From NCBI RefSeq assembly GCF_004010195.1, contig NW_025215076.1:24076-62347 (forward strand): a stretch of 38,272 bases of DNA, written 5' to 3'. The translations under genes were made by a program, and so were the position numbers. Within the stretch, counting starts at the first letter, position 1, and the number at the start of each line of letters is the position of its first letter. The stretch comes from Chiloscyllium plagiosum. Its lineage: Eukaryota. Shown here in pieces: positions 10,493 through 22,354 of the stretch. A model generated the notes under the pieces. That model was not told the DNA's origin. It searched no databases and saw only the letters and a list, made by a program, of their open reading frames with translations.

Positions 10493-12061
10493 TCAGAAAG
10501 TGAGGTCTGCAGATGCTGGAGAGCAGAGCTGAAAATGTGTTGCTGCAAAAGCGCAGCAGGTCAGGCAGCATCCAGGGAACAGGAGAATCGAATTTTCGGG
10601 CATAAGCCCTTCTTCAGGAATGAGGAAAGTTTGTCCAGCAGGCTAGGATAAAAGGTAGGGAGGAGGGACTTTGGGGAGGGGCGTCGGAAATGCGATAGGT
10701 GGAAAGAGGTCAAGGTGAGGGTGATAGGTCAGACTGGGGTGGGCCGGATAGGTCAGGAAGAAGATTGCAGGTTAGGAAGGCGGTGCTGAGTTCGATGGAT
10801 TTGACTGAGACAAGGTGGGGGGAGGGGTAATGAGGAAACTGGTGAAATCCGAGTTCATCCCTTGTCTCAGATTCCTCCCTCCCCTTCCTCGACCTTTCTA
10901 TTTCTATCGCAGGCGACCGAATCAACACGGACATCTACTACAAACTGACCGACTCCCACAGCTACCTGGACAACACCTCCTCCCACTCTGCCCCCTGTAA
11001 AAACGCCATCCCATTCTTCCAATTCCTTCGTCTCCAGCGCATCTGCTCCGAGGAGGACCAGTTCCAAAAACGTACAACCCAGATGGCCTCCTTCTTCAAG
11101 GACCGCAATTTCCCCCCCGACGTGGTCGACGATGCCCTCCACCGCATCTCTTCCACTTCCNNNNNNNNNNNNNNNNNNNNNNNNNNNNNNNNNNNNNNNN
11201 NNNNGACCTGCATGTCCTTGGTGGAGTGGGAGGGGGAGTTGAAGGGACCCCACCACCAAGGATATATTTCCTTCCCCTCCCCTATCAGCATTCCGTAAAG
11301 ACCACTCCCTCCGTGGCTCCCTCGTCAGATCCACACCCCCCACCAACCCAACCTCCACTCCCGGCACCTTCCCCTGCAACCGCAGGAGGTGCGAGACTTG
11401 CGCCCACACCTTCCCCCTCACCTCCCTCCAAGGCCCCAAACGAAACTTCCATATCCACCACAGATTCACCTGCACCTCCACACACATCATCTATTGCATC
11501 CTCTGCACCCGGTGTGGCCTCCTCTATATTGGGGAGACAGGCCGCCTACTTGCAGAGCGTTTCAGAGAACACCTCTGGGACACCCGGACCAACCAACCCA
11601 ACCACCCTGTGGCTCAACACTTCAACTCCCCCTTCCACTCCACCAAGGATACATCGCCAGACCACAACAACACGATGGTTGGAGGAAGAGCGCCTCATCT
11701 TCCATCGAGGAACCCTCCAACCACAAAGGATGAACTCGGATTTCACCAGTTTCCTCATTTCCCCTCCCCCCACCTTGTCTCAGTCAAATCCATCGAACTC
11801 AGCACCGCCTTCCTAACCTGCAATCTTCTTCCTGACCTCTCCGCCCTCACCCCAGTCTGACCTATTACCCTCACCTTGACCTCTTTCCACCTATCGCATT
11901 TCCGACGCCCCTCCCCCAAGTCCCTCCTCCCTACCTTTTATCTTAGCCTGCTGGACAAACTTTCCTCATTCCTGAAGAAGGGCTTATGCCCAAAACGTCG
12001 ATTCTCCTGTTCCCTGGATGCTGCCTGACCTGCTGCGCTTTTCCAGCTACACATTTTCAGC
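10493..12061 (+). mobile_element. Truncated Penelope-like retroelement (RT C-terminus plus GIY-YIG endonuclease) with inverted terminal repeats
   Basis: A + frame encodes LPFLDLSI...TDIYYK.TDSHSYLD.TSSH...CKNAIPF.QFLRL.RICS and FPCNRRRCETC...FTCTSTHIIYCILCTRCGLLYIGETGRLLAERFREH...PVAQHFN. Arms 10528-10865 and 11723-12061 are reverse complements. TSD aatgttcttgat at 10481-10492 and 12062-12073. N gap at 11161-11204. Confidence 0.92.
10590..10620 (-). ncRNA. Hammerhead ribozyme motif in the Penelope left arm; mirror copy at 11972-11999 (+) has GAAA mutated to AAAA
   Basis: The reverse strand reads CUGAAGA-A-GGGC-UUAU-GCCC-GAAA. Confidence 0.6.
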
Positions 12062-12324
12062 AATGTTCTTGATGCAATATTAAGGGAGTACAGAGCTCTC
12101 TGAAGTGTGAACCTTTAGTTATCATGTTGAAACGAGTTCCCTGCTGTAGAGATTCTACTAAAATCAGCTAGGTAGACATCTTGGAATATGTGTTCCCGGA
12201 TTGGGGCTGTTAGTCTTGTCCAAACAGGGAACCCTGTCTGACAGATATAAACAGGAATGTCAGGGGTTCTGCTCACTGAGAGCTGGCATGAGAAAGCTAG
12301 TATATCAAGTACTACAAACATGGA

Positions 12325-12540
12325 GTCATAGAGTCATAGAGATGTACAGCATGGAAACAGACCCTTTGGTCCAACCTGTCCACACCGACCAAATATCCCA
12401 ACCCAATCTAGCCCCATCTGCCAGCCTCCATATCCCTCCAAACCCTTCCTATTCATATACCCATCCAAATGCCTCTTAAATGTTGTAATTTCTCCAGCCT
12501 CCACCACATCCTCTGGCAGCTCATTCCATACATGTACCTA
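12325..12540 (-). mobile_element. Short CR1-type LINE 3' end
   Basis: Has the (gtcataga)n tail and gatgtacagcatggaaacagacccttt typical of these LINE 3' ends. Confidence 0.7.
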
Positions 12541-12874
12541 CATGTAAATAAAGGGGAGCTTTGTGAGAGGATATGACCTCTATAGAATTGTTTTACCTGC
12601 CCTCTCTTAGGTAGAGGTAAATTACCCAGTGGAAGAACAGTAGAGAAGAGGGAGAATTCTTCCTTGTACCTGGACCAAAATGTATCATTGTCAAGAATTT
12701 AAATCAAGTTGTAATTTATTTGAGTTAATAAGGCCAAAATTAACATAATGTTTCTCAAAGATTTCTTATTGAAATGGACAGTGAAGGGGGGGCTGCAATA
12801 TCACTGAATGTATTGAGTCTCTGACTCGAGAAAGACATACACTGTCTAATAGCTGCTCTTTCTGTTTTAAATAG

Positions 12875-13165
12875 AATCTCTGAAGACCTCCGAATTATTG
12901 AGCTGAAAACTACATACAGCCTTTTTCCTTTATTAATCAGGAGAGAATGCATCAGACTCCAAAGCTAGTATGTTGTGTAGTGAAAGTCTTGGTGACCTAT
13001 TTAGTTCCTTGTAAATGAGAGTCACTGTTCATTCACTATAAATAACATCTTTTTTTGGTCAACCTTTGTCTAAAAGTTATATATACCTATTAAATATATA
13101 TTGACAATGTTACTCTTCTATACTGCCCTAACCCCTAATAAATGTATTGAATGCAGCATGTGAAA
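12875..13165 (+). other. Candidate non-coding terminal (3'UTR) exon of the VIP-family gene
   Basis: Acceptor-like ctctttctgttttaaatAG ends at 12874. The sequence is AT-rich and non-repetitive, with ATTAAA at 13089 and AATAAA at 13137-13142. The end coordinate is approximate and the link to the 8852 donor is inferred. Confidence 0.4.
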
Positions 13166-13871
13166 GACACACTGTATTAACTTACGTTGTAAACGTACCC
13201 ACTACACTCAAGGCTGTTAATGAGTTCTCAATTGTTATCACTTCTGGACTATAAACTTTGAATTATATCTCTGGTGTATTAAGTCGTATATAATTTGTTT
13301 CCCTTTGTCTTACTCAAGTTGCAAGGGAAGCCTTTATGTCAAAGGGACCCAATACAAAGGGATGAACTTTGTGTTATCTGCTTAAAACTTACCAGCTGGT
13401 GGATTGCATTCAGTTTTGAGGGAGCACCTCAGGAAGGAGACATTGGCCTTGCAGGGGCTGCAGTGCAGATTCACAGTTGTGGTAGTGTCCCTACTTCTTG
13501 GACAATAGATCTGGGTCAAGTCCCACCCACTCCAGAGATATGTCTGAACAAATGGATTGAAACTATCGAGAACGGACATAAAGAGAGTTAAACTCTGAGG
13601 AAAGGTTTGCGGCTTTTGGAATATTGACTGAAAAGTGAAATATCAAGTCAACATAAAGTGACAAATATTCACTGGTGCATAACATGTGTAAAAAGGCTCA
13701 ACAGAATGATCCATAGATAAAACCGTCAAAGTAAGGTTGCGACTACAGGTCACAAATTCATTACAGAACAGACAGAGGCCATTCAGACCATCACATCTGC
13801 ACTGGCTCTCTTTACTGATTTAACTTAAAGTTAATCTACTTTTCCCTGTAGCTCTGCAAATTGTTTCTATC

Positions 13872-15318
13872 TATAAATAACATAGAAAAGTACAGTATAG
13901 AACAGGCCCTTTGGCCCACGATGTTGTGCCGAGGATTAAACCTAATCCAAAATAAAATAATCTAACGTAATCACCCCTCAATTCACTGCTATCCATGTGC
14001 ATGTCCAGCAGTTGTTTAAAGTTACTTAATGACTCTGCTTCCACCACCACTGCTGGCAATGCATTCCATGCGTTCACAGCTCTCTGCGAAAAGAACCTAC
14101 TTCTGTTGTCTCTGCTATACCTTCCTCCTAACACCTTAAAACTATGAGCCCTTGTGGCAGTCAATCCTGCCCTGGGGAAAAGTCTCAGGCTCTTTGGGCG
14201 GCACGGTAGCACAGTGGTTAGCACTGCTGCTTCACAGCGCCAGAGACCCGGGTTCAATTCCTGCCTCGGGCGACTCTCTGTGTGGAGTTTGCACATTCTA
14301 CCCCTGTGGTCGGTGTGGACTTGTTGGGCCGAAGGGCCTGTTTCCACACTGTAAGTAATCTAATCTATCAACTCTATCCATGCCTCTCATTATCTTGTAC
14401 ACCTCGATCAGGTCACCTCTCTTCCTCCTTCTCTCCAGAGAGAAAAGTCCAAGCTTAATCAACCTCTCTTCATAAGATAAGCCCTCCAGTCACGGCAGCA
14501 TATCGGTAAACCTTCTTTGCACCCTCTCCAAAGCCACTGTATCTTTTCTATAAGAGGGCGACCAGAACTGGACACAATATTCCAAGTGCGGTCTCACCAG
14601 GGTTTTATAGATTTGCAGCAAAACCTTGCAGCTCTTAAATATGATCCCCCTGTTAATGAAAGCTAAAACACCATATGGTTTCTTAACAACCCTATCCAAT
14701 TGGGTGGCAACTTTAAGGGATCTATGTACTTGAATACCTCTGTTCCTCCACACTGTCAAGAATCCTGTCTTTAATTGTATATTCAGCATTCAAGTTATTC
14801 CTTCCAAAATGCATCATTTCGCACTTATCCAACTGCTATTTCTCAGCCCAGCTCTGCATCCTGTCAATGTTGTACTGCAGCCTACAAAACCCCTCAATAC
14901 TATCAACGGCATGTCCAACCCTTGTGTCATCGGCAAATTCACCAACCCACCCCTCAACTTTCTCATCCAAGTCATTTATAAAAACTACAAAGAGCAGAGG
15001 CCCAGGAACAAATCCCTGCGGGTCACCACTCACCACCGACCTCCAGGCAGAATGCTTTCCATCTACAACCACTCTCTGCCTTTTGTCAGCCAACCAATTC
15101 TGAATCCAGATAGCCAAATCTCCCTGTATCCCATATGTCCTGACTTCATGAATGAGCTTACCATGGGGACCCTTAAGAAATGCCTTGCTGAAGTCCATAG
15201 ACACCACATCCACTGCCTGAACTTTATCAACCTGTCTCGTCCCCTCCTCAAAGAACTCAATATAATTTGTGAGGCATGACCTGCCCCTCACAAAGCCATG
15301 CTGACTGCCTTTAAGCAA
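13872..15318 (-). mobile_element. 5'-truncated CR1/HER1-like LINE with a nested SINE
   Basis: ORF pieces QHGFVRGRSCLTN.IEFFEE...PLLFVVFINDLD...FADDT, LVRPHLEYCVQFWSP and FFSQRAVNAWNALP. Confidence 0.93.
14196..14367 (+). mobile_element. Internally deleted HE1-type V-SINE inserted in a CR1
   Basis: tRNA-like head with A box TAGCACAGTGG and B box GGTTCAATTCC, joined directly to the tail gtcggtgtggacttgttgggccgaagggcctg...(aatct)n. The middle present in the 37889 copy is missing. Confidence 0.9.
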
Positions 15319-15419
15319 AGATCTTCACTACCAGCTTAGCAACCTCCTTTCTCGCTTCCCGGATAAATCTGGTCTGGTCTTCAGCTCTTATCAATTTTAA
15401 TGTTTGCCAAAATTTCTGG

Positions 15420-16530
15420 CACATCAACTTCCTCTATCTCGATCTGTTCAAGTCTGTTACCCTCATTCACAACAAGGCTGCATTTGGTCGAGAGTGGCAT
15501 CAAGGGGCCCCAGCAAAACTGGAATCAATTGGTATCAGGGAGCAAACTCTCCAGTGGTTGGAGTCATACTTGACACATACGAAGATGGTTGTGGTTATTG
15601 GAAGACAGTCATCTAAGCTCCAGGACATCTCTGCAGGAGTTCCTTAGGGTAGTGTCCTACGCCCAATCATCTTCAGCTGCTTCATCATTATAAGGTCAAA
15701 AGTGGGGATGTTCGCTAATGATTGCACAATGTTCAGCACCAATGGCAACTCCTCAGATACTGAAGCAGTCTATGTTCAAATGCAACAAGATCTGGACAAT
15801 ACCTAGACTTAGGCTGAGAAGTGGCAAGTAACACTCATGTCACACAAATGCGAGGTTCTGACTATTACCATGCTATGACAATCTAAATATTACCCCATGA
15901 CATTCAATGGTGTTATCATCACTGAATCTCCCACTTTCTCTATCCTGGGGCTTATCATTGAACAGAAACTCAACTCACCACATAAACACAGTGGCTACAA
16001 GAGCAGGTCAGAGGCTAAGAATACTGCACCGAGTACCTCACCTCCCGGTTCCCCAAAGCCCGTCCACCATCTACAAGGCACAAGTCAGGAGTGTGATGGG
16101 TGCAGCTTTAACAACACGCAAGGCGTTTGATACTATCCATAATCAAACACCCCCATCACATTCAGTAGCAGCAATGTGTACTATCTACAAGATGCACTGC
16201 AGAAATTCACCAAAGTTTCTTAGACATCACCTTCCAAACCCATGACCAAGAACAAGAATAATGACCAAGGATATGGGAACACCACCAACTACAATTTTGC
16301 CTTTAAGCTACTCACCATCCTGACTTGGAAATATATCTCCATTCCTTCACTGTTTCTGGATCAAAATCCTAGAATTCCATCCTGAAGGGCATTGTGGGTC
16401 AACCCCACAGCAGGTGGACTGCAGCAGTTCAAGAAGACAGCTCACCCCCACCTTCTCAAGGGCAACTAGGGACAGGCAATAAATGCTGGGCCTCAGTCAG
16501 CGACACCCACATCCCATAAGTGAATTTTAA
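15420..16530 (+). mobile_element. Decayed LINE 3' portion (CR1/L2 group, second family)
   Basis: Translates to WLESYL...ISAGVP*GSVLRPIIFSCFI...MFANDCT (RT core) and STIYKAQVRSVM. The 3' tail is gggcaactagggacaggcaataaatgctgg. Confidence 0.85.
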
Positions 16531-16788
16531 AAGAACACTGTTCCACATTGCTGGGTAGTCCAACATTTATTGTCCATCCCTTTGGAATTTTTTCAGCTGT
16601 GAGCTGCAGAGTTTGCTTAGCAGCCATTATCTGCAACTGCTGATTTTCATTCTTCCCATTGTATTAGTCTCCAACCTTCATTTGTCATCTACCTGGCACC
16701 TCACATTCATTTGATCCTCTCCTTCTGCTGTCATCATTCTCGCTGTCACAAATTATTCAGACCTGATGGTGCCAATATTTTGTTTGGT

Positions 16789-17207
16789 TGTTATGGTTCT
16801 GTTCGCCGAGCTGGGAATTTGTCTTGCAAACGTTTCGTCCCCTGTCTAGGTGACATCCTCAGTGCTTGGGAGCCTCCTGTGAAGCCTTCGGCATTCATGC
16901 AGGAACCAGGGTTGTTCGTGTGTGGCGCTTAGGCGGTTGGCACAGGATTCCCATTTCCTGGCTTGTCTTAGCGTCTCTCGCCCGTAGGTGTTCAAAGTTT
17001 GGGAGAAGATTGGTAGCTCGGGTGCTCGTTGTTGTGGTTCTGTTCGCCGAGCTGGGAATTTGTCTTGCAAATGTTTCATGCCCTGTCTAGGTGACATCCT
17101 CAGTGCTTGGGAGCCTCCTGTGAAACGTTTGCAAGACAAATTCCCAGCTCGGCGAACAGAACCACAACAACGAGCACCCGAGCGACAAATCTTCTCCCAA
17201 ACTTTGA
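16789..17207 (-). mobile_element. Non-coding Penelope-like element: tandem plus inverted pLTR copies
   Basis: Direct repeats at about 16789-16884 and 17030-17124, and an inverted copy at 17125-17207. TSD attttgtttggt at 16777-16788 and 17208-17219. Confidence 0.8.
16826..16865 (-). ncRNA. Minimal type I hammerhead ribozyme motif with intact core
   Basis: The reverse strand reads GCA-CUGAGGA-U-GUCACCU-AGAC-AGGGGAC-GAAAC-GUU-UGC. This gives the CUGANGA and GAAA cores, stem II, a 3-bp stem I and a palindromic ACGU helix III. Activity cannot be shown from sequence. Confidence 0.7.
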
Positions 17208-19024
17208 ATTTTGTTTGGTATAGATTGACTCATCAAGATCAAGTCTGACTTCTCTCCATCTTTATAGGCTTCCCTTGCTTCTTCCTAGCCAAATACTTAC
17301 ACACAAATGCATTCTGTTTCTGAAGTTAGAGTACTGTTTTCCTCACATTGGACATCTTTCTTTTCTTTTATGTGGTGCCCTTGACAGTATGCACATCCTG
17401 TACTCTGGCTTTAATCTTTCTACTGGCCTTCTGAAAATACTTAATTGTTATTATTGCTTGGCCTGGTATATCATTCAACATAACACAGTGCCTCTCCCTG
17501 ATTTCTGTACCCAAATTGTCACTCTTTCTGGACACTGAAACAAAATATTCATTTGGAACCCTATCTCCATCCTCTGGCTTCATGCACAAATTAATATTGT
17601 GTTCCTTAATGGATCATTCTGTTTCTCTAGCTATATTTTTATCCTTAATGTACTTGTTAAATAACTTAGGATTTTCTGCTACTTTACCTGCTAATAATCT
17701 TTCCTGAATCCTTTTTCCTCTGCTAATTTCCTTTTAAAATTCCCCTTGCTCTTCCATATTCCTTTCGGTCTTTTCCTGTTTTGAGCTCTTGGTATCTGCC
17801 AAAAGTCCCCTTTTGTCGATAGATCTTTAATATCCATGGATTACTGAATTTGTTGGTCCCACCCTGTATCTTTATTGGAAGACTCTGGGGCTTTGCTCAC
17901 CCTATTTCAATCTTGAATGCTTTCTACTGCTTTGACATAAGCATCCGAAAACCATCTATTCCCACTCCACTCTGGCTACATCATAACTGATCTAATTAAA
18001 ATTGGCCTTACCTAGTCTAGAACTTTGATCTCACGCACATCCTTGTCCATGAATCTATTGCACTAAAGGGAAAATAATCTATGTTCATAAGGCAATTTTG
18101 AAAGAGCATATAAGCATCAAAATGGATCATTTATCCTATTTTCCAAACAATATTCATTATGGACACTCAAACCCAGTGACATATTACAGCGAGTTTAATT
18201 CTTATAACGTCTGAGTTAACTTATGAGGTTGAAAGTTCTTTCCTTTAAAACTTTCTGCATACTTATCAAATGTGATTCTCTGCAGCTCTCACTGAGAAAC
18301 TATAATGCAAGTTAACCCATTGGCTTTTCTCAGTGAATATCAAGAGAAACTTAGGGTGTCCCCCAGTTCTGCTCCTTAGATTGCTAAAAAAATTATTTCC
18401 TCCCTGAAGATTTCAATGAACTCACTGCCCTTCTCTAGGTTTCAGTTGTTTTTGTTCTGAACTCAAATGGTGAATGTTTCACTTGTTTCTCTGTGTGTCA
18501 CAGTAAACATCTGAGTGAAAATTTAAAAACAAAATTAACTCCCTAAATAGCTTGCTAGTCATTTGAATGAAATCACTTGTTTCTTGGAATTATGTTTGAA
18601 CAGACTCTTAAAATATTACTTTCTTCCATCTTAAATAAAGCCCCTTCACAGGGCTAAAACTAAAGACCATTTAGAGAATACAAATTCTCAAATGATAATA
18701 TTTTATCTAAGGGAGTCCCACTTTTGATGGTATCATTTTTCAATTGTCCAGAATTAAATATTTAATGAACTTATTAATTGTCCAGAATTAACTAATGCCA
18801 ATCTCTTGTATGCCGATGCTGCTCCTTTTACAAGGTCATATTGTTCTTGACATTTTTTCAGTGATGTCATAAAAGCAGCAATTCCGAAAGGTTTAGAGTT
18901 GAAGGGTTTTATGGCCAATTTGATTATAGCTAACAGATACTGCCTCACACAAAAGGCATTCAAGTCTTTTAAAAAAAAACTTGTACAATGAAAGTGGAGT
19001 GTCCAGTTCTCCCAGCTCTGCTTA

Positions 19025-19419
19025 ACTCTGGTTTGGGTTGGTTTGAGCAAGCAGTTGGTTGTTGTGAAGTTGCTGGACCCAAAGAAGCAGGTCCATGCAG
19101 ATCCTCCTCTCTCTGACATCTCTCCTGTAGGACCCCATGTTTGGTTTTACCTTTTGGGTTAAGGAGTGTTTATAGGGATTGTTGCAAATAATCTGTTGGG
19201 TTTTCAGATAGATTAAGTTATTTTGTATTCCATTCTTTTTTGTTCGTGTTTCATTCAATAATCGTGCTAACAAATTCTGTTTTGTTTAAAACTAAGTGGT
19301 TGGGCCAGCTGCATAACTCCTGGGATATCGACTTTACACCTGCTTAAAACAACTTGCAAAGTTATGGTCTGGGCTACTTCCTTCAAATGTTTTGAGGATG
19401 TCTGACCTGGTCCATAACA
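19025..19419 (+). mobile_element. Possible LTR remnant
   Basis: Non-coding segment ending in ...ggtccaTAACA at a sharp boundary with a LINE remnant. No 5' end or TSD was identified. Confidence 0.35.
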
Positions 19420-19764
19420 CATTTCTTTGCCCCATATCCCTGCACTGTATTTCTATCCAAGTAAACATCCAATGCCCTCTTGAATGCTTCAATTACAACG
19501 ATCTTCACCATATTTTCAGGTAGTGCATTGCATACTCGAATCATGTCTGAATTTTTTTTCTCACATCACCCTTGTTTCTTTGGAAATTGTTTAAAATCTG
19601 TGCCCTCTCACTCTTTTTTTCTTTTATGAGTGGGAACAGCTTCTCACTATCTGTTCTGTCCAACACACACATGATTTAAAAAGTCTCCAGCAAATATCCT
19701 CTCAGCGTTCTTCTCTCCGAGGAGAGCACTCCCAATTTCTTCAGTCTGGGGACCATGTGGAGTT

Positions 19765-20120
19765 ATGGGGAGATGATGGCTTGTCGTATTATCACTGGAC
19801 TGTGAATCCAGTGACCCAGATAATGTTCTAGGGACCTGGATTCAAATCCAACCACAGCATATGGTGGAATTCGAATTCAATAATTATCTGGAATTAAGAA
19901 TGTAAGGACTACTATAAGTCCATTGCTGATTGTCAGAAAAAAACCTTCTGGCTCACTAATGCCCTTTAGGAAAGGAAACTGTCATCCTTACCTGGTCTGG
20001 CCTACATGTGATTCCAGACCCGATGCAATGTGGTTGACTCTCAACTGCCCTCTAGGCAATTAGGGATGGGCAATAAATGCTGCCTAGTTAGGGATGCCCT
20101 CATCTTGTTACAGAATAAAG
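19765..20120 (+). mobile_element. tRNA-derived SINE whose 3' tail is shared with the 15420-16530 LINE
   Basis: B-box-like ggattcaaatcc, core ccttacctggtctggcctacatgtgattccagaccc and tail ggcaattagggatgggcaataaatgctg. Another copy lies at 30725-31035. Confidence 0.8.
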
Positions 20121-20252
20121 GAAAAAAATCTACCCATACAACTGAAGTTTCTCATTTCTGGAAGGATTCCTGTAAGTTACTTCTGTACTCTTGCTAATGA
20201 ATTCATATCTTTCCTCTGATGTGTTGCCTACAACTGTACACAATGATCCTTT

Positions 20253-20589
20253 GGGTGGCAGTGGGCTCAGTGGTCAGCACAGCGCCAGGGATCCATGTTT
20301 GATTCCACCTTAAGATGAATGTCTATGTGGAGTTTGCACATTCTCCCTGTGTCTGTGTGGGTTTCCTCCAGGTAGAACGGTTTTCTGCCTCAGTCCAAAG
20401 ATGTGCAGGTTGATTGAATTGGCCATGATAAATTGCCTACAGCATCCAGAGATGTGCAAGCTAGATGGACTAGCCATGGTAAATGCAGGCTTACGGGGAT
20501 AGGGTAGGTCTGTGTGGGATGATCTTCAGAGGATTGGTGTGGACCTGATGGGCTGAATGGCCTGCTTCTACACTGTATGGATTCTATGA
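20253..20589 (+). mobile_element. Diverged HE1-type V-SINE
   Basis: V-domain tgtggagtttgcacattctccctgtgtctgtgtgggtttcctcc and a CR1-like tail. Confidence 0.85.
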
Positions 20590-21510
20590 GCACCTGAGGT
20601 CTAACAAATTGTCTTGTACAAGTTCTATGTCATCTCCTCACTCTTGGACTCTATGCCCCTATTGATAAAGCTGACAACACAACATGCTTTCAAAATTAGC
20701 CTCTCCACCTGTCCTGCCATCTTCAATGATCTGTGCACATATTCACCTCTGCTTCTCCTGAACCCTTTTACAATTATATTCTCTATTCTTTATTGTCTTT
20801 CAATGTTCTTCTGATCAAAGTGCATCACCTCACATGTTTCTGCACTGAACATCATTTGTCACCTATCCATCCTGACTTACCAATTTGACAAGTCGTTTTG
20901 GAGTTCCACACTGCCACATCTTACAGTTACGATTCTTCCACGTTTGGTGTAATTTGCAAACTTTGAAATTTCCCTCTGCACACCACAATCCAAACTGTTA
21001 ATATGCATCAGAAACGGTAAGGGTCCCAATACCAACTCCTGGGGAACTCCTCTCCAAACCTTCCTCCTGTCTAAAATATATCCATTGATTGACCCAGTAA
21101 TTCAAAGTTGCAGTCAGCTATACTAATTCTTCCTTGATAGTCGTCTTTGACAAATCAGAACATGCGTACAATTTCAACTGAATACGTTTGACATTCTATT
21201 CCATGGAATAGTTACTCATTCGAAAGTGAACACATATATACAGATCACCAAACTATGGAAAGCCACAAGAGATTAATTAAATGCTCTAAACCTTGTAGTG
21301 GATTGACTTTAGAATGAGGGCATTATTTATCATACTAAGCAGGCACTAACCACATTGAATTACCATCCAACTTATGATTAACATCCAATATAAAGAAATG
21401 TGAAAAGGTTGGTGTTGGTGAGGAGAAAATAACAGTTGTACCATGGAAGTGTCAAACAATGCCCACTTTCAATGAAAGAGCATCTAACCACGTTCTATTG
21501 TTATGAAAGA

Positions 21511-21800
21511 ACAGTTCTGAAGAAAGATCACTGGACCCAACATGTTAACTGTGCTTTGTCTCCACAGTTGCTCGCCATGACGTAGAGGTGTCAGTGCTGG
21601 ACTGTGGTGGACAAAGTTAGAAGTCACCGGGTTATAGTCCAACAGGTTTATCTGAAATCATAAGCTTTCAGAGTGCTGTTCTTTTGTCAGGTGAAGTGTT
21701 CAAATAAATCTAGGACTATAACCTTCAGTCGTGTAACTTCTGACTTTGTCACAGATGCTGCCAGACCTGCTGAGTGTCTCTAGTAATTTCTACTTATGTT
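21511..21800 (+). mobile_element. Hammerhead-bearing pLTR fragment interrupted by a palindromic element (about 21580-21750)
   Basis: Reads acagtt-ctgaaga...gtt-aactgt, and cacagatgctgccagacctgctgag resumes at about 21750. The nested piece has inverted arms (gacaaagttagaagt / acttctgactttgtc). Confidence 0.65.
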
Positions 21801-22354
21801 TTTATTGTTATGATCCTAGCTGATGGTCAGACCCCAGAATGAAATCTTGCTTGGTCGATTATATGCTTATTTTTCTTTTGTTCAGTTAGTTATTTTAGTT
21901 GTCTGTCACTGAAATGTATTCACGTGAGGCTGCAGATTCTTTTCAACAAAGGAACAAAAGTTTATTAAACAAAAGAAGAAATGTTAAGAAGCTTCCTAAA
22001 TACAAAAGTTGGTTTGCAAAATCATAAAGATAGTGAAATTTAAACTATTTCCTGATAATATCCATTGCATGGATTCGAGGCCAGAGAAATTACAATCTTA
22101 TCTCAACTCTACAATGTTCTACTTAACTGGGTCCTTTCAGTTGATTTGCTATAGACTTTGGAAACTACTCAAATCTGTTAGCTTAAATTTTCTCAGGTCT
22201 AATTGCTAACTACACTTTCCTAGTTTGGAAATTTCACAAAATAAATCCTTCTGCTGAGGTAACTGGTTTCCTGAACTGCCCCGAATTTCTAGGAGAGAAA
22301 ATATGTTTGTTTCTACACTCAACGCTGGTGAATCCTGAACTGATATTATTTTTA

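Larger units (their letters stand above)
19420..21090 (-). mobile_element. Decayed CR1-type LINE interrupted by two SINEs
   Basis: Contains aaagtgcatcacctcaca, tttgcaaactttg and gggtcccaataccaactcctgggga (reverse RT motifs), as in the 4890-6565 copy. Confidence 0.65.

Noticed and set aside
10867..11816. Long Pro-rich and Gly-rich ORFs (207 aa, 196 aa)
   Set aside because: These are alternative or antisense frames of the C-rich Penelope coding remnant.
16789..17207. CRISPR-like repeat-spacer arrangement
   Set aside because: The context is eukaryotic, there are only two long repeats plus an inversion and a TSD, and the layout is explained by pLTR structure.
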